Shown here: positions 25,770-38,496 of the stretch, piece by piece
Position numbering within the stretch: position 1 is the stretch's first letter
Layout of the letters: each line of letters begins with the position of its first letter
Origin: Octopus bimaculoides
Taxonomy: Eukaryota
DNA length: 64,000 nt
Assembly: GCF_001194135.2 (NCBI RefSeq)
Contig: NC_068982.1
Coordinates: forward strand, 167,956,566-168,020,565
Reading direction: 5' to 3'
Translations under genes and position numbers: made by a program
The notes under the pieces: model-generated
Databases searched by the model: none
What the model saw: only the letters and a program-made list of their open reading frames with translations
What the model was told of the DNA's origin: nothing

Positions 25770-26120
25770 TGACCACAGCAAGATAAGTATGGTTTACGTA
25801 AAACTGAATAGAATGGAAGCCTAGTCTCTTATATCATTCACCAGTGGACCAGTGAAAAATTTTATGGAAGTATTGTTGTTGGCCTAAAGACTTTTGATCC
25901 TGTCAAACACGTTTATGAAAAAAAAAACTTTCGCCGAAGCGCTACATCCGTCTCTCGTCTTTTGACTCGTGGCTTAGGATTTAATTGTATTATACCGGTT
26001 TGTACTGATAAATTTCTCACTGATTCTACATTCTGTCTACTCTAGGATGCCCCAAGGTTCCGTTTTGTCCACCACATTTTTCATCCAATACATTTGTGAC
26101 CTACGTATTGTCACTTTAAC
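25770..26120 (+). pseudogene. CR1/L2-like RT relic
   Basis: YGLRKT...LVSYIIHQW...GLKTFDPVKH (25881) and MPQGSVLSTTFFIQYICDL (26047-26103). Confidence 0.6.
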
Positions 26121-27429
26121 AATGATTCTAACGTTATGCTTTTGGTTACCCTCCTCCACATCTTAGATTATCATAAATCGCACCCAAAGGAAGTTCATTC
26201 GACTGATTGGCATCTAATTAACTACCAAATCATTTATAACTTTGTTGTAAAGTTAGAAATGTATATTTAAAAGGTAAAATTCTTTGTGGTATTTCGTTCT
26301 GTACTTCTGCTTTCTAATTTCATCGGAAGCGACTTTTCAGAGGTCGACCACGCCTTCAGTTGTTCCAAGATTTATCAAAAATACCTGTCAATCAAATGCT
26401 CGTACGACGCTTGTTCAGCATTTAATCCCCAAGTAGGCTTAGCTTATATTTCTTTCGGCAGCAGAATGAATCAGTAAAATGCATACCAGTCATATAACAA
26501 GAAAACTTAAATCGACTTCCAACATTCTTCCAAAGTACACGGTCTTTCACTAATAACAGAAATCAATATTTTAAATGTTTTAAATAAATCCACTGCATAC
26601 ATTTTTTATCTTAATTTCCTCAATTGCACCTTTCCCCAATCACTGCATTCTGTTATATTTTTATTAGGAATGATTTTCATTTAGTTTACCCATTCACTCT
26701 CCATTCATTCGTTTTCTGCTATTCATTCGTCCTCTTGTTTTCATATTTTACTCTCCTTCTCTTTCTATTTCATTTCAACCTTCTTCCAATTCCTCAAACT
26801 CTCCCTTCTATTCTTTTTTTCTTGTATTCTTTTACATGCCACCTCCTTCTGTTTTGTTCGATTCGTTCTTATATTTCTCATTCTTGTACTTCTCCGTCTT
26901 TCAACGTTTGTGTTATTTTTAATGATATTCTTCTCCAGTCTTCTTTTCTTTTTATTTCTTCGTTTCATCATCCTCATTATCGGCAATAGCAACGCTCACT
27001 ATTCCCTGGTATTTATTTATTTGTTTGTTTATTATTTCTGCTCTTGTGGTTCTTCTTGTTATTTTCAACCATTTTCTTCTTTTATTTTCTGCTTCTTGTC
27101 CCTGCATTTGTTGTCCTTGTTTCTATTCATGCTTTTTTCTTCCAGTCCTCCTTCTTAAACTTCTCTTTTCTTTTGTCTTCATTCTTATTAATGTGATCAT
27201 GTTGTTTTTTATCTTCTTCTTGCTGATGATAACGATCATCATCGTCTTATTTTTCTTTTTATCATTCATCTAATAATATCAAATTGTACGTTGAAACTGA
27301 TTTGTCGAGGATTCTTCTCTTTAAAGAACGAATATAATATACACTTTATTATTCATTGTGTATACATTTGTGTGGATATGTTTACGTAACTTAGTATCCA
27401 TATATTCTTATGTTGCCTCTTCAATATAA

Positions 27430-27464
<35 letters not shown>

Positions 27465-27482
27465 AATTTGTCTGTCTGTCTA

Positions 27483-27522
<40 letters not shown>

Positions 27523-28238
27523 CAGTACACACATACATGCACACACAGATATATAGCACATATAAGTGTATGCATATAAACTTGCACGCATATAAGTACT
27601 CTCGCACAATATATGTGAGTTATAGAAAGACTACATTTCAATGAAAAGAGAGGAGTGTTGACGTAAGGGTCAAGTAAGTCATAGAAGAGAGTAATACGAG
27701 TAAAACGAATAGAGAGAAGGAGAGAAAGTAGAAAGGTGAGAAAAGTGTGAGAGTGAAGAGGATGACTAATGCAATCTGCGTGTATCGGTCTCTGAATGTG
27801 ATGAGCATAGCGTTATTTTCAATGGACAGTTCCTTCCTTATGTTGCATGTCATGTCGTAAATATGATTATCCACAAACAATGTGAAATAAAGATTTCAGA
27901 ATGGAGACAAAACTCGTAATAATTAAAAAGAAAGCTTTTTTATTAGGCAAGAACGTTTTGATTTCAAAGAATTTGAAAAATGAAAAGGATTTGTGCAGGT
28001 TCTTCAAAACGTGCTTGATTTATAGTATGAATACCATGCCAAATTCGAGCGAAGAGAATTTTTCTACCACAAATTAAATATTAATTCCTGAAAGACGTTG
28101 TATATATTCTAACAATATGCATTTCAAACTTGTAAAAAGCTTATTATTAGTGATTTTTTAATTTTATTTTATTTTAAACCATTTGGCGTGTTTTGCTTTG
28201 TTTTATAGAATACGAGATGTATACTAACCATCATAATA

Positions 28239-29350
28239 TTGGGTTGTCCGGAAAGTTCGTGCCGATTTTTAAAGGAAAGAAAAAGGTCAATAAATACTTG
28301 CCATTACATTTTGAATCAACCAAATATGAACCATTTTGTTGTACAATGCGTCTCCATCTTTCCTTTAACTTGAAAATACCCTCTTGCCAGAATTGAAGTG
28401 GTTTCACAGCAAAGAATTCAACAAGGTATATTTTTAAGTCATCCAGGGAATTGAAATTTTTACCATTAAGACTATTCTGCAGAGACCTGTATAAGTGGAA
28501 ATCCGAAGGAGCAATATCTGGTGAATATGGAGGGTGGGGTAACACATCCCAGCCGAACTGCAGCAATTTTTGTCTGATTCCCAAAGAAATGCGCCGTCTT
28601 GCATGTTGGAAAACAACACCCTTCCTGTTGGCCAATTCTGGAAGTTTCTCTCGAATTTCTGCTCTTAACTCGTCCAGTTGTGTGCAGTATTTCTCAGAAT
28701 TAATTGTCTGATTATTTGAGAGAAGCTCATAGTACAGAATTCCTTTCCAATCCCACCAGACACAAATCAAGACATTTTTAGGATGAAGATCCGCTTTTGG
28801 GGTGGCTAAGGGTGGCTCATGTCGCTTATTCCAGGATCGATTTCTCTGAACATTTCGGTAGATAATCCATTTCTCATCACCTGTCCCAATTTGCTTTAAA
28901 AAAGGCGCGTTTTCATTCNNNNNNNNNNTCCCAATTTGCTTTAAAAAAGGCGCGTTTTCATTCCGTTTATAAAGCAAATCACAGATGGAAATGCAATCCA
29001 AAAGGTTCTTCTCACTTAATGCATGTGGTACCCAAACATCGTAGCGATTTGTGTAACCAAGCTTTACCAGGTGCTCATGAACGACGGATTTTGATAGGCT
29101 GAGACTTTCCGCCAATTCTCGGGTTGTGCAATGTGGGTTATTCTCAGTTAATGACTTGATTTGGTCATCATCGGTAGTGGATGGTCTGCCTGATCGCTCT
29201 TTATCAATAAGGCTACAATCACCAGCTCGGAACCTTTCGAACCACTATCGTACAGTTCTTTCGGATAAAGAAACATCACCGTAAACTGCGCATATTTCTT
29301 TGTTTGTTTGAGAGGCATTTTTCGCTTTACGGAAAAAGAAAAGCATCAGC
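28239..29350 (-). mobile_element. Mariner (D,D34D) transposon lacking its 5' end
   Basis: ORF with WVPHAL, TGDEKW and YSPDIAPSDFHL. The N-terminal HTH region (LMLFFFRK...SGRP) continues to 29350. One TIR, TTGGGTTGTCCGGAAAGTTC, starts at 28239 after TA. The second catalytic D is deleted and there is a TAG at 29245-29247. Confidence 0.92.
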
Positions 29351-29445
29351 TAACCTGCAAAAAAAGTGAATCATGTTTTTGTATAACCAATGTCTGAGTG
29401 ACAGTATTGTGTCTCAGGCCACTACGAAGAATGGCAAGTTTGTTA

Positions 29446-29448
<3 letters not shown>

Positions 29449-29496
<48 letters not shown>
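29449..29496. repeat. (TC)n microsatellite
   Basis: Pure dinucleotide run. Confidence 0.95.
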
Positions 29497-29497
<1 letters not shown>

Positions 29498-29965
29498 AAG
29501 AATCCCTGCCGTAGGAATAACATGAATGAGCCCAGTGACAATACATGGTACGTTCTCAATGGTCACATTATCCTGTAACCGTTCATATGGGGCAAAATAA
29601 TGGCTTATTGGAAAATCCCATTTAATAATGATGCTTATAGTCATTATTTAAATCGCAAATGAATAAATCAAAATAGATTTTTATCTCCAGTTGTTGGCAC
29701 ATACGGAAATTCTTGCTATTTCCTTTTATAACAACAGTTAAGACATATATGATCCCATATATTATGTGAAACGCCTCTTTCTCATATTGCTTTAGCAGCT
29801 TCGGTGAAAGTCTGTTGAAGATTGATTTATCTAAATATCTGAAAATCACCTTGAAATCGTTCTACGAAACTGCAAAAGTCAATAAACGTATATACACATC
29901 TTGTGTAAAAATCAAAAGTCGAAACAAGCCCAGTATTGCATCTCGTAATAATTGTTTCCATTTTA

Positions 29966-30053
29966 GGAGGAGACGGGTTATTCGATTGGAGGAGACGGGT
30001 TATTCGATTGGAGGAGACGGGTTATTCGATTGGAGGAGACGGGTTATTCGATT
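29966..30053. repeat. 22-bp tandem repeat x4 (GGAGGAGACGGGTTATTCGATT)
   Basis: Identical units at 29966, 29988, 30010 and 30032, followed by degenerate SINE-C core sequence (ccccagt...gatactttatt...cccgaacggat). Confidence 0.95.
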
Positions 30054-30156
30054 ACTTCTACCCCAGTGTACTAGCCTGATACTTTATTGTTAAGGCCCCC
30101 GAACGGATAAAAAGCTAAGATATGTGTGTTTTGCATGCAAATATGTGTTTTGCTAT

Positions 30157-30478
30157 GAAGGCACATGGCTTACTGGTTAGGGTATTCGGCTCACGATCGT
30201 AAGTTGTGAGTTCAATTCCCAGCGACGCGTCATGTCTTTGAGCAAGACACTTTATTTCATGTTGTTCCATTCCACTTAAGTTGCGAAAATGAGTAGTATT
30301 TGTATTTCAAAGGGCCAGACTTGTCACAGTCTGTGTCACGCTGAATCTCCCTAAATCTACGTAAAAGAGTACATGCGTCTGTGGAGTGCTCAGCCACTTG
30401 CTCGTTAATTTCACGAGCAGGCTGTTCCATTGATCGGATCAACTGGAACCCACGTCGTCGTAACCAACGGAGTGCCAG
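30157..30478 (+). mobile_element. tRNA-derived SINE, family A
   Basis: A-box-like TGGCTTACTGG and B-box-like GAGTTCAATTCC in the head; ~175-bp 3' tail shared with the copies at 31559 and 40476. Confidence 0.85.
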
Positions 30479-30634
30479 TTATATAAATGTTTTATTAAAA
30501 CAATAACTCTCACGTTGCAGTAAATGTTGATTGTATCAGTATTTTTAACTTGAGTACTAAAATATTTCAAGTTTTCTGTCGAAGTGTTTAGATTCAGCAT
30601 AACCATTGGAAAGAACTACAAGATAAACTATTTT

Positions 30635-30852
30635 TCTTCGACAAATATTGGTTTCAAATTTTGGCACATGGCCAGCAATTTCGCGGAAGTGGCAAGTCGA
30701 TTTACTCCAGGGCTCAACTGGTACTTATATCATCAACCCCGAATGGATGAAAAGGAAAGTCGACCCCGGTGGTACTTGAACTCAGAACATAAAGACGGAC
30801 GAAGTGCCGCAAGACATTTTCCCGGTGTGCTAAAGATTGTGCCAGCGCGCCA
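30635..30852 (-). mobile_element. SINE family C
   Basis: Near-complete copy: ctggtactta...gatgaaaagg-aaagtcgacc...gaactcagaac...gctaa.gattgtgccagc. Confidence 0.8.
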
Positions 30853-31558
30853 CTTCCTATACTGCACATTCAGATAGATGTGTATTATGCATATGAACTG
30901 AGTACTGCCATTGTCTGACTGAGAAATTTCCACGAAACATGATTCTGTTTTTAGTTTATTTTTTATGTAACGTGCGTTGTTCAAATATAAAATAAACACA
31001 AGTATCAGGATATCCATTTCTCTTTCTTCTTATTGTCTTGTTGCTAACAGGTATAACCATTATACAAAATTTACTAGAAGGAAGGGGGTTTATGATAAAG
31101 GTAGTGAACAAAAGAAGATCTACAATTAGAAGAAAACGTAAAGAAAAGTAGCAGTATCTCACTGGCCAATTTTTCAACAAGCCCATCATGAGGCAGTGAA
31201 AATTTTCAAAAAAATCAAAACAAAAAAAAAAAAAAAAAAAAAACAATATGACTCATTGATATTTTTTTGAAAATTGAAATTTTAATTTTTTCAAAGCTGT
31301 ATTTTCAGTCTTCCGTTCTTCTAATCCTTCAAATATGCATTTATGTAGATCAGACTTGAACTCATAACACTCTTTACTATAGTTGTAGCTTGAAACCACC
31401 TCTATCAACAAGATTTAATAAATCACTCTGGCAACTATATAAACAATTTGTTTTCACTAAAATCTTAACCTGTCTTCGGAATTATCCACTTAAGAATTAA
31501 AATGTGTAAATACTAATCTTCTATTATTTATACTTTATTCGTAATTTGAATATATCAA

Positions 31559-31921
31559 CAGCATTCCGTCGGTTACGACGACGTGTGTTCCACTTGATCC
31601 GATCAACGGAAGAGCCTGCTCGTGAAATTAACGTGCAAGTGGCTGAGCACTCCACAGACACGTGTACCCTTAACGTTGTTCTTGGGGAGATTTAGTGTAA
31701 CACAGAGTGTGACAAGGCTGGCTGACTCTTTGAAACACGGGTACAACAGAAACAGGAGGAAAGAGTGAGAGAAAGTTGTGGTGTAAGAGGTACAGCAGGG
31801 TTCGCCACAACTCCCTTGCCGGAGCCTCGTGGAGCTTTAGGTGTTTTCGCTCAACGCCCGGTCTGGGAATCGAAACCACGATCCTACGACCGCGAGTCCG
31901 CTGCCCTAACCACTCGGCCAA
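31559..31921 (-). mobile_element. tRNA-derived SINE, family A
   Basis: Minus-strand head TGGCCGAGTGGTTAGGGCAGCGGACTCGCGGTCG...GGTTTCGATTCC; body and tail shared with 40476-40840. Confidence 0.9.
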
Positions 31922-33139
31922 TATCAATTGCATATTCGTACAAAATAATGAATACCATACCTAACTCTCATAAGAGAGGATGATAATTTCTAAAATCAAT
32001 TGAATCAATCTTAATACTTAAAACTGGCCCCACTCCAATCCGGAAGGTTAAAATCCCATGATACGATTTTTTTATTGCACTAGTATAGAGGAAATGTAGG
32101 AGTATATCGTACTCGCTAGGAGTACACCGCGTGTTAAAGGAAAGGATAAATTAAATATCAAATTCACTGTTCTGCTATCACTGTTAAATCTCATCATATG
32201 AACTTGAACATATTTTCCATATAGTTGTTCGACTTTCTTTCATCGAAAGAAAAGAATGTTGTAAAGTGAGCACGTAAATTCGTTTGAATTCTTAACAGAA
32301 TATTAGCTTTGCTTGTTTCATTTATCAGTGAAGGCCGAGGTCTAAGCAAGATTAGAATTGTGAGATATCAAAATAGACCGATAAGGCATTGAGTTCAGCT
32401 TACTGATATCACTATTCATAACAACGACTATAAAGCACATTCCCGTCTTTTACATAAAGCGTAATGATCAATTTGGTGGAAATTGGTGGAATGAGATATG
32501 ACTTCCGTGGCGCTTTCAGATATATTATTAACGGCGTAAGTAAAAGTAAATTGACTCCATCGTTAACTTAAACTGGATTCTACTATTCTATTGTGATTAA
32601 CTTTCAACTTACCCAATTAGATACTTACTGTGACATCATGGAATTCCTGTTAACAATATTGCTGAGAAAAATTACAAAAATCAATGATTTGCAGATGTTT
32701 ATCAGTGTAAAGTATTAACGCAGGGTACCTGTACATTTATAGAATTTTCTGATTGAACCGGGAACGAAACAATACTGAAATTTATTTTCCAACTTATAAT
32801 TAGCATAAATCAAATGCAGTTAATTTACGGCAGCCTTATCAAAACAACTTTTTCAACTGTCTTATTTTATATACTTCTGGCCAGTAATTGCCTACACACA
32901 CACTCATGCAGAAATACACACACACACATACAGATTCAGACACACTTACGCAGACTCACACGCATGCATGCACGCACGCACACACACGTGCATATCAGGG
33001 TTTCAACTGTTCATACTTTTGCATTGGTTGTTTTGAATCGCAGGTCACACATTTCACTGTCCCCATCAAGTTTTACGGCTGTTACATTACCGACTGCAAA
33101 GAAATTACTACTTTTATGTCTTTCGTTAATTTTTCTCAC

Positions 33140-33332
33140 CTCCTACTTCCCCATCTATACCAAACAGTTTATCACTTGCACTTAATCCCTCCGCCTCTGC
33201 CATCTCTATAACCACGTCTAAAGATTTGAAATAAAATCGTGACTTGCCGTCTAGCCCATCATCCTTGTAATAGATAGTGACTATTCTCAACGCTTTTATA
33301 GCCATGGCACTCAACAGGAATCCTTTCTGCCA
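33140..33332 (-). CDS. Candidate internal exon of an unidentified gene (64 codons + 1 nt)
   Basis: AG acceptor at 33334-33333, strong donor GAG|GTGAGA at 33140/33139, open frame WQKGFLLSAMAIKALRIVTIYYKDDGLDGKSRFYFKSLDVVIEMAEAEGLSASDKLFGIDGEVG. No recognisable family and no partner exon found. Confidence 0.25.
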
Positions 33333-33450
33333 CTTTGCAATGCGTTGGAATAAAAATAGATTATAAGTTGAGAGATTTTAAGAATACCACCATATGAATG
33401 CATGCATGCATGCATCCATACATCCACATACGTTTGTATGTATATATACT

Positions 33451-33664
33451 CTTTTACTCTTTTACTCTTTTACTTGTTTCAGTCATTTGACTGCGGCCAT
33501 GCTGGGGCACCGCCTTTAGTCGAGCAAATCGACCCCAGGACTTATTCTTTGTAAGCCTTGTACTTATTCTATCGTTCACTTTTGCCGAACCGCTAAGTTA
33601 CGGGGATGTAAACACACCACCATCGGTTGTCAAGCGATGTTGGGGGACAAACACAGGCACACAA

Positions 33665-33704
<40 letters not shown>

Positions 33705-33794
33705 GTACATATATACGACGAGCTTCTTTCAGTTTCCGTCTACCAAATCCACTCACAAGGCTTTGGTCGGCCCGAGGCTATAATAGAAGACACT
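33451..33794 (-). mobile_element. SINE family B (head lost in gap)
   Basis: (TTTTACTC)n tail, gtttcagtcatttgactgcggccatgctgg...aaatcgaccccaggac and an internal (CA)n. Shared with 57451, 39620 and 34005. Confidence 0.85.
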
Positions 33795-34004
33795 NNNNNN
33801 NNNNNNNNNNNNNNNNNNNNNNNNNNNNNNNNNNNNNNNNNNNNNNNNNNNNNNNNNNNNNNNNNNNNNNNNNNNNNNNNNNNNNNNNNNNNNNNNNNNN
33901 NNNNNNNNNNNNNNNNNNNNNNNNNNNNNNNNNTATATATATATATATATATATGTATGCATGCATGAATGTATGTATTTATGTATTTGTATATGTCTGT
34001 ACCT

Positions 34005-34212
34005 GTGCTTGTCCGCCTTGCTAGATAACCCAGGTTTGTTTACGTCCCCTTGAACTAGCCCTTTGGCAAAAAGAGATTGGCAGTATAAGTACCAGGCTTT
34101 GAAGAAAAATAAAGTACTAGGATCGATTCATTCGACTAAAAAACTTTTCAAAGCGATGCCCCAGTATGGCCGCAGTTTAATTGCTAAGCAAGTAAAATAT
34201 AAAAGATAAAAC
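34005..34212 (+). mobile_element. SINE family B 3' part
   Basis: Reverse-complement similarity to 33460-33660 (tttacgtccc...aagtacc...gatcgatt..ttcgac...ggccgcag). Confidence 0.7.
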
Positions 34213-35921
34213 ATTTCCGAATAGGATTAAACTCAATGCATGTATTTTTGATACTTCAAAATATTGCATATTTGTATTGAAAGAAAACATATTCTGCTAT
34301 TGCTGAGATGATTCCCTGGCATGTATATCTTCCAGTTTATAATCAATAATCTTTCTCTCTAATGTTGCCCGATATGTTTCCATTATCGTAGAACTCTCGA
34401 TATAATGATTTCTTATAAACGTTCTTGTATGTAACTGGACGTTTGAAATAGGTATCTGTTTTGAGACCATCCAGGTTAAGCTGAATGTCACTTTTATCAT
34501 TTCGAATAAATATTCTGACCGATTTTTTCTGAATCTGCAATCGCATTAATAGGCAGTCATTGTATTTTGTAAGAAGAGCAGTGATTCACGAGCTATATGA
34601 TGTGTGTGTTGGGTCGATGGCGCAGGGAATGTTTCATCTTTGGATATGATCGAAGCATAAAGGTGAGAGTGATGAACAAGTTGTAAAGTAGGATAGCTGC
34701 TCATGGTTGGAGTGGTTACAGCTTTATTTCGATGCGATAACTGTAGATAATAAAAATGAATAAATGAAATATAAAATAATACGCATCCTACATTGTAGGA
34801 AAAAAGAAGCAGAGAATCAAGCAGGGAATCAATGTTATTCAACACTGCTGGTGAGATCAGTACTACTGGGGCGTCCATACTACTTGCGAGCTTCAGCCGA
34901 CATAAAACGAAGAGGTTTTCCCGTATTCTAAAAAATATATAAAAAATAATGTGCCGTAATGATTTAGCATTTGTGTAACGGAAACGTATCTTCGCTGTGA
35001 AACATGCATTACAGCAAATGTCTGATTTAACACATTAGTTAGTAAAGCAACCTGCAATTATGCCACTACCGAGGGAAAATAGCAGTCTAATCTCAGTCAT
35101 ACGATGCCCTGCCGATTTAGAGAAGGAACAGACATAATGTAGATCTAGCTTCTCTTCACCCGATAGATAAATATACTGTAGTATGATAATTACTTGTTCA
35201 TCGGTGCAGAACTGGAAATAAACTGCAGCAGCATCATCATCATCAACAGCAGCAAACTTCAACAACAATAAATAATAAATACCACAACAACTACCATAAC
35301 ACCAACACCAAATATCACAACTACTTCCATAGTAGCAAGGACAACAAAAACAATAACAACATTCCATCATCGTAAAACCTCAATACATAAATCTTCGTCT
35401 CCGTTGTAGGTAACTTGCCCGGCATTTTCCTTTGATCTTCTCACAGGTGGCTACATGGAAGGAGAATTCTCTTGCTTCACTGTAGAAATTAGCCTTTTTT
35501 TACTTGCTTATTTTTTTTTACAACTTCAATCTATTGGTTTCTGATACCGTTGTTCTTTACGGTAACAAAATCTTTCGTGTAAATCTTTTTGAAATCCAAA
35601 TTAGGTCATAAGCATGGCTGGAGACAATATATGAGCAATTTATACCGACGTTCTTCAGTAAGGAAGCGATCGTCTGCTTCCTGTTGCTGGCGGTGTTCTT
35701 TTATTTCTAAGTTCAACTACCTTGTTCAGTTTCCTTTCTCAATTCAGACAACTCAACCTCTTTGTTGATTTGTTTATTAAATGCATAATGTTTTATGGAA
35801 TATGTGATTTTTCTCTCTTTCACATTCAGTTGAATTTTCCGGGAGCTACAAAATTTATCACCAATTTAAAACAAAGCAATATTCCTTCCATATCTGGAAT
35901 GTGACAAATTTTAATTACATT

Positions 35922-36504
35922 TATAGTCATCAAGTCTACAATCGTTTAATTACAAAAGACAACAAACTATAAAAAGCTCGCCAAATAGACATTTGCACGG
36001 ATGTATTATTAAACATTGAAATGGAGTAACAAAATCAATATGGAAGAACAAATGAATAGAATATTTCAAATGGGGAGAAAAAAAAACATAGCACTTTTAC
36101 AACTTTTAAAAATATTAATTTAAATCTTTCTTTTTTAATGTATGACGATTTCTAGTGATTCTCATGACCTTATATAACGAAGCAGAGTTTTATCTATCTT
36201 TTTCTCTCTTACTGAAGAAAGTACATAATTATATTGACCTTCCTTTGAGTCTCGAACAGTTAGAATTTAACCCACGTGACAAAAACAGTGTACTGGGTTT
36301 GGGGTAAGCATACTTATAATTAACTTCCATATTACTCGCGCAGTCTTTTTTCTATACGAATGTCTTTTGCATGTTCACACAAATTTAGAAATTAATATAA
36401 TCTCCATTTTTAATATGACGCTCATTCTCCGTTACATAATCTGATATTTATATCGGAATCTATTTGTACTAGGCGTCAGGAGGATCTCTCTCTTCCAACC
36501 CTCA

Positions 36505-36560
<56 letters not shown>

Positions 36561-36566
36561 TTACGT

Positions 36567-36601
<35 letters not shown>

Positions 36602-36665
36602 ATCAAGTCTACAATCGTTTAATACAAAATACAACAAACTATAAAAAGCTCGCCAAATAGACATT
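35922..36665 (+). repeat. Dispersed ~71-bp direct duplication (35922-35993 and 36595-36665)
   Basis: TATAGTCATCAAGTCTACAATCGTTTAAT...CTCGCCAAATAGACATT occurs twice, with about 2 differences. Confidence 0.9.
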
Positions 36666-38140
36666 ATATACATATATACACACACATAAATACAAACGTA
36701 AGTACATACACATACATATATACACACATATAAATATATATGCGTTAGTGTGCACGTATATAAATATATCTAATGTATAATGTCACAATTACAAAACGTA
36801 ATCTGAAAACCTATGATAGATAAATACCTGTTCTGAATAAGAAAATTTCAAGTATAAGTATATATAAAATATTGATTAGTTTTCTTTAAGCAGAAACAAC
36901 CCAAATAATCTCTTTGCATGTATGCCCTTTGTATTTATAGAAATATGTATATCTACATATGTGTGTATGTGTGTGCTTGTGTGTTTGTCTATGTGTGTGT
37001 GTGTGTGTGTGCGCGTGCGTATGTATAAGTGACGTTTATTTACAGATTGATGAAAAGTAAAAGCAATACTGGTAGGATTCTAATTCACAGCAGTGGACCA
37101 CAAACAACACTCTTTTAAGGATCGGCTACCGACGTAAATATAAATAGACTTTAAATTGAGACGTGGGGAAAATAACCACTATAATACAAATAATATATCT
37201 AAAATAATTGAATAAATAAATCGTATACTTCCCAAAGTTTAAGAAAATTACCATGTAAATAATAAATAGTTATTACACATCCAGCAAGAAAGCCTGTATG
37301 TGCTGGTTCTGTGTGCTACAAATAGTAGCCAATTAAACCTAAAAACCGCATCTTGAATATTTAGTACTTGGTATATTAAGTTTGAATAAAGAAAATGATT
37401 ACAGCTGGAAAGCCTTTCAACATAAGACAGCTCGGCCAAAGATGGCATAAAGCTATGCAACAATGGAAGCTTTTTTCTTAATAGTTTAGTCTGTGGGGAA
37501 AGTAACACCCGTGTCAAAATATCCGGCTGCACCTAAGTTAGAATTAATTATACGCTTTTTTCTGTTGCTTAAATAGTTAGTAGTTATAGACTGTGTGGAT
37601 GCTACTAGTACAATTTTTAGATTATAACGGTTAGATAGTTGTAAACACTTATTATCTAGACAGGTAGATAAATTTATTGCATTTAGTAATAGTACTGCAG
37701 TCCTAACTGAGTTGTATACTGGTATTGAATAAAACAAAATAAATGTTTTCATTTTAATCATTTATAAAGTAGCCATTTTCCCTCCTCTTGTTGATAGATT
37801 TGATGTATTAATCAATACGGTTCTGTACATGATGTAGATAAAATATTTATATTATTTAGAGTGTCTGACATTAATATAGCTAGCTAAAAATAAAGCAACA
37901 AAGATATAAGAACTTACATACACAGATGGACAACGGTTTGTTTCATCAATATTTGCCTGAAAATTGAGTTATTCTTATTTGTCATAACTTTGAAAGGCTC
38001 GGAAAATATATTCAGAATCTTGAAACACAATTGTTATAAGTACATTGTTGTTGTTGCTGATTGTGTGTATGTGTGCATACGAATGTGCATGTCGATATGT
38101 AAAAACATACATACATATATACATACATACACATATACAT

Positions 38141-38173
<33 letters not shown>

Positions 38174-38188
38174 AGTATGTATATGAAC

Positions 38189-38250
<62 letters not shown>

Positions 38251-38399
38251 CTATATATATGTATATATATAAATATGTTTATATATATATATATATCCAT
38301 ACATACATACTTCTGCGCACAAACATACATGTATATATGAAAAATACTATGTGTGCGTATTATAATGCGATACAGGTTATCCATTGTTCATACACACAA

Positions 38400-38496
38400 T
38401 TTCATAAATAACTGCCTGTGATCACATAACTGATTTATGTATATATATATTGCCTTCGGAAATGCATTATGTGATCACAGGCAGTTATTTATGAAA
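38400..38496. repeat. Perfect 30-bp inverted repeat with 37-nt spacer, flanked by CACAA
   Basis: TTTCATAAATAACTGCCTGTGATCACATAA (38400-38429) is the exact reverse complement of 38467-38496. CACAA occurs at 38395-38399 and 38497-38501. Confidence 0.9.

Noticed and set aside
28884-28963. 35-bp direct repeat inside the mariner ORF
   Set aside because: The identical copies flank a 10-N gap, typical of an unmerged contig overlap.
29966-30053. Regular short repeats suggesting a CRISPR array (also 13821-13960)
   Set aside because: Units are contiguous with no spacers, there are no cas genes, and the context is eukaryotic.
34297-34878. Three overlapping minus-strand ORFs with a good acceptor near 34742
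   Set aside because: No convincing donor, the frame ends in a stop, and no motif is recognisable; possibly retroelement debris.
35210-35375. Gln/His/Asn-rich low-complexity frame
   Set aside because: Degenerate CAA/CAT/AAC repeat with stops in all frames nearby.
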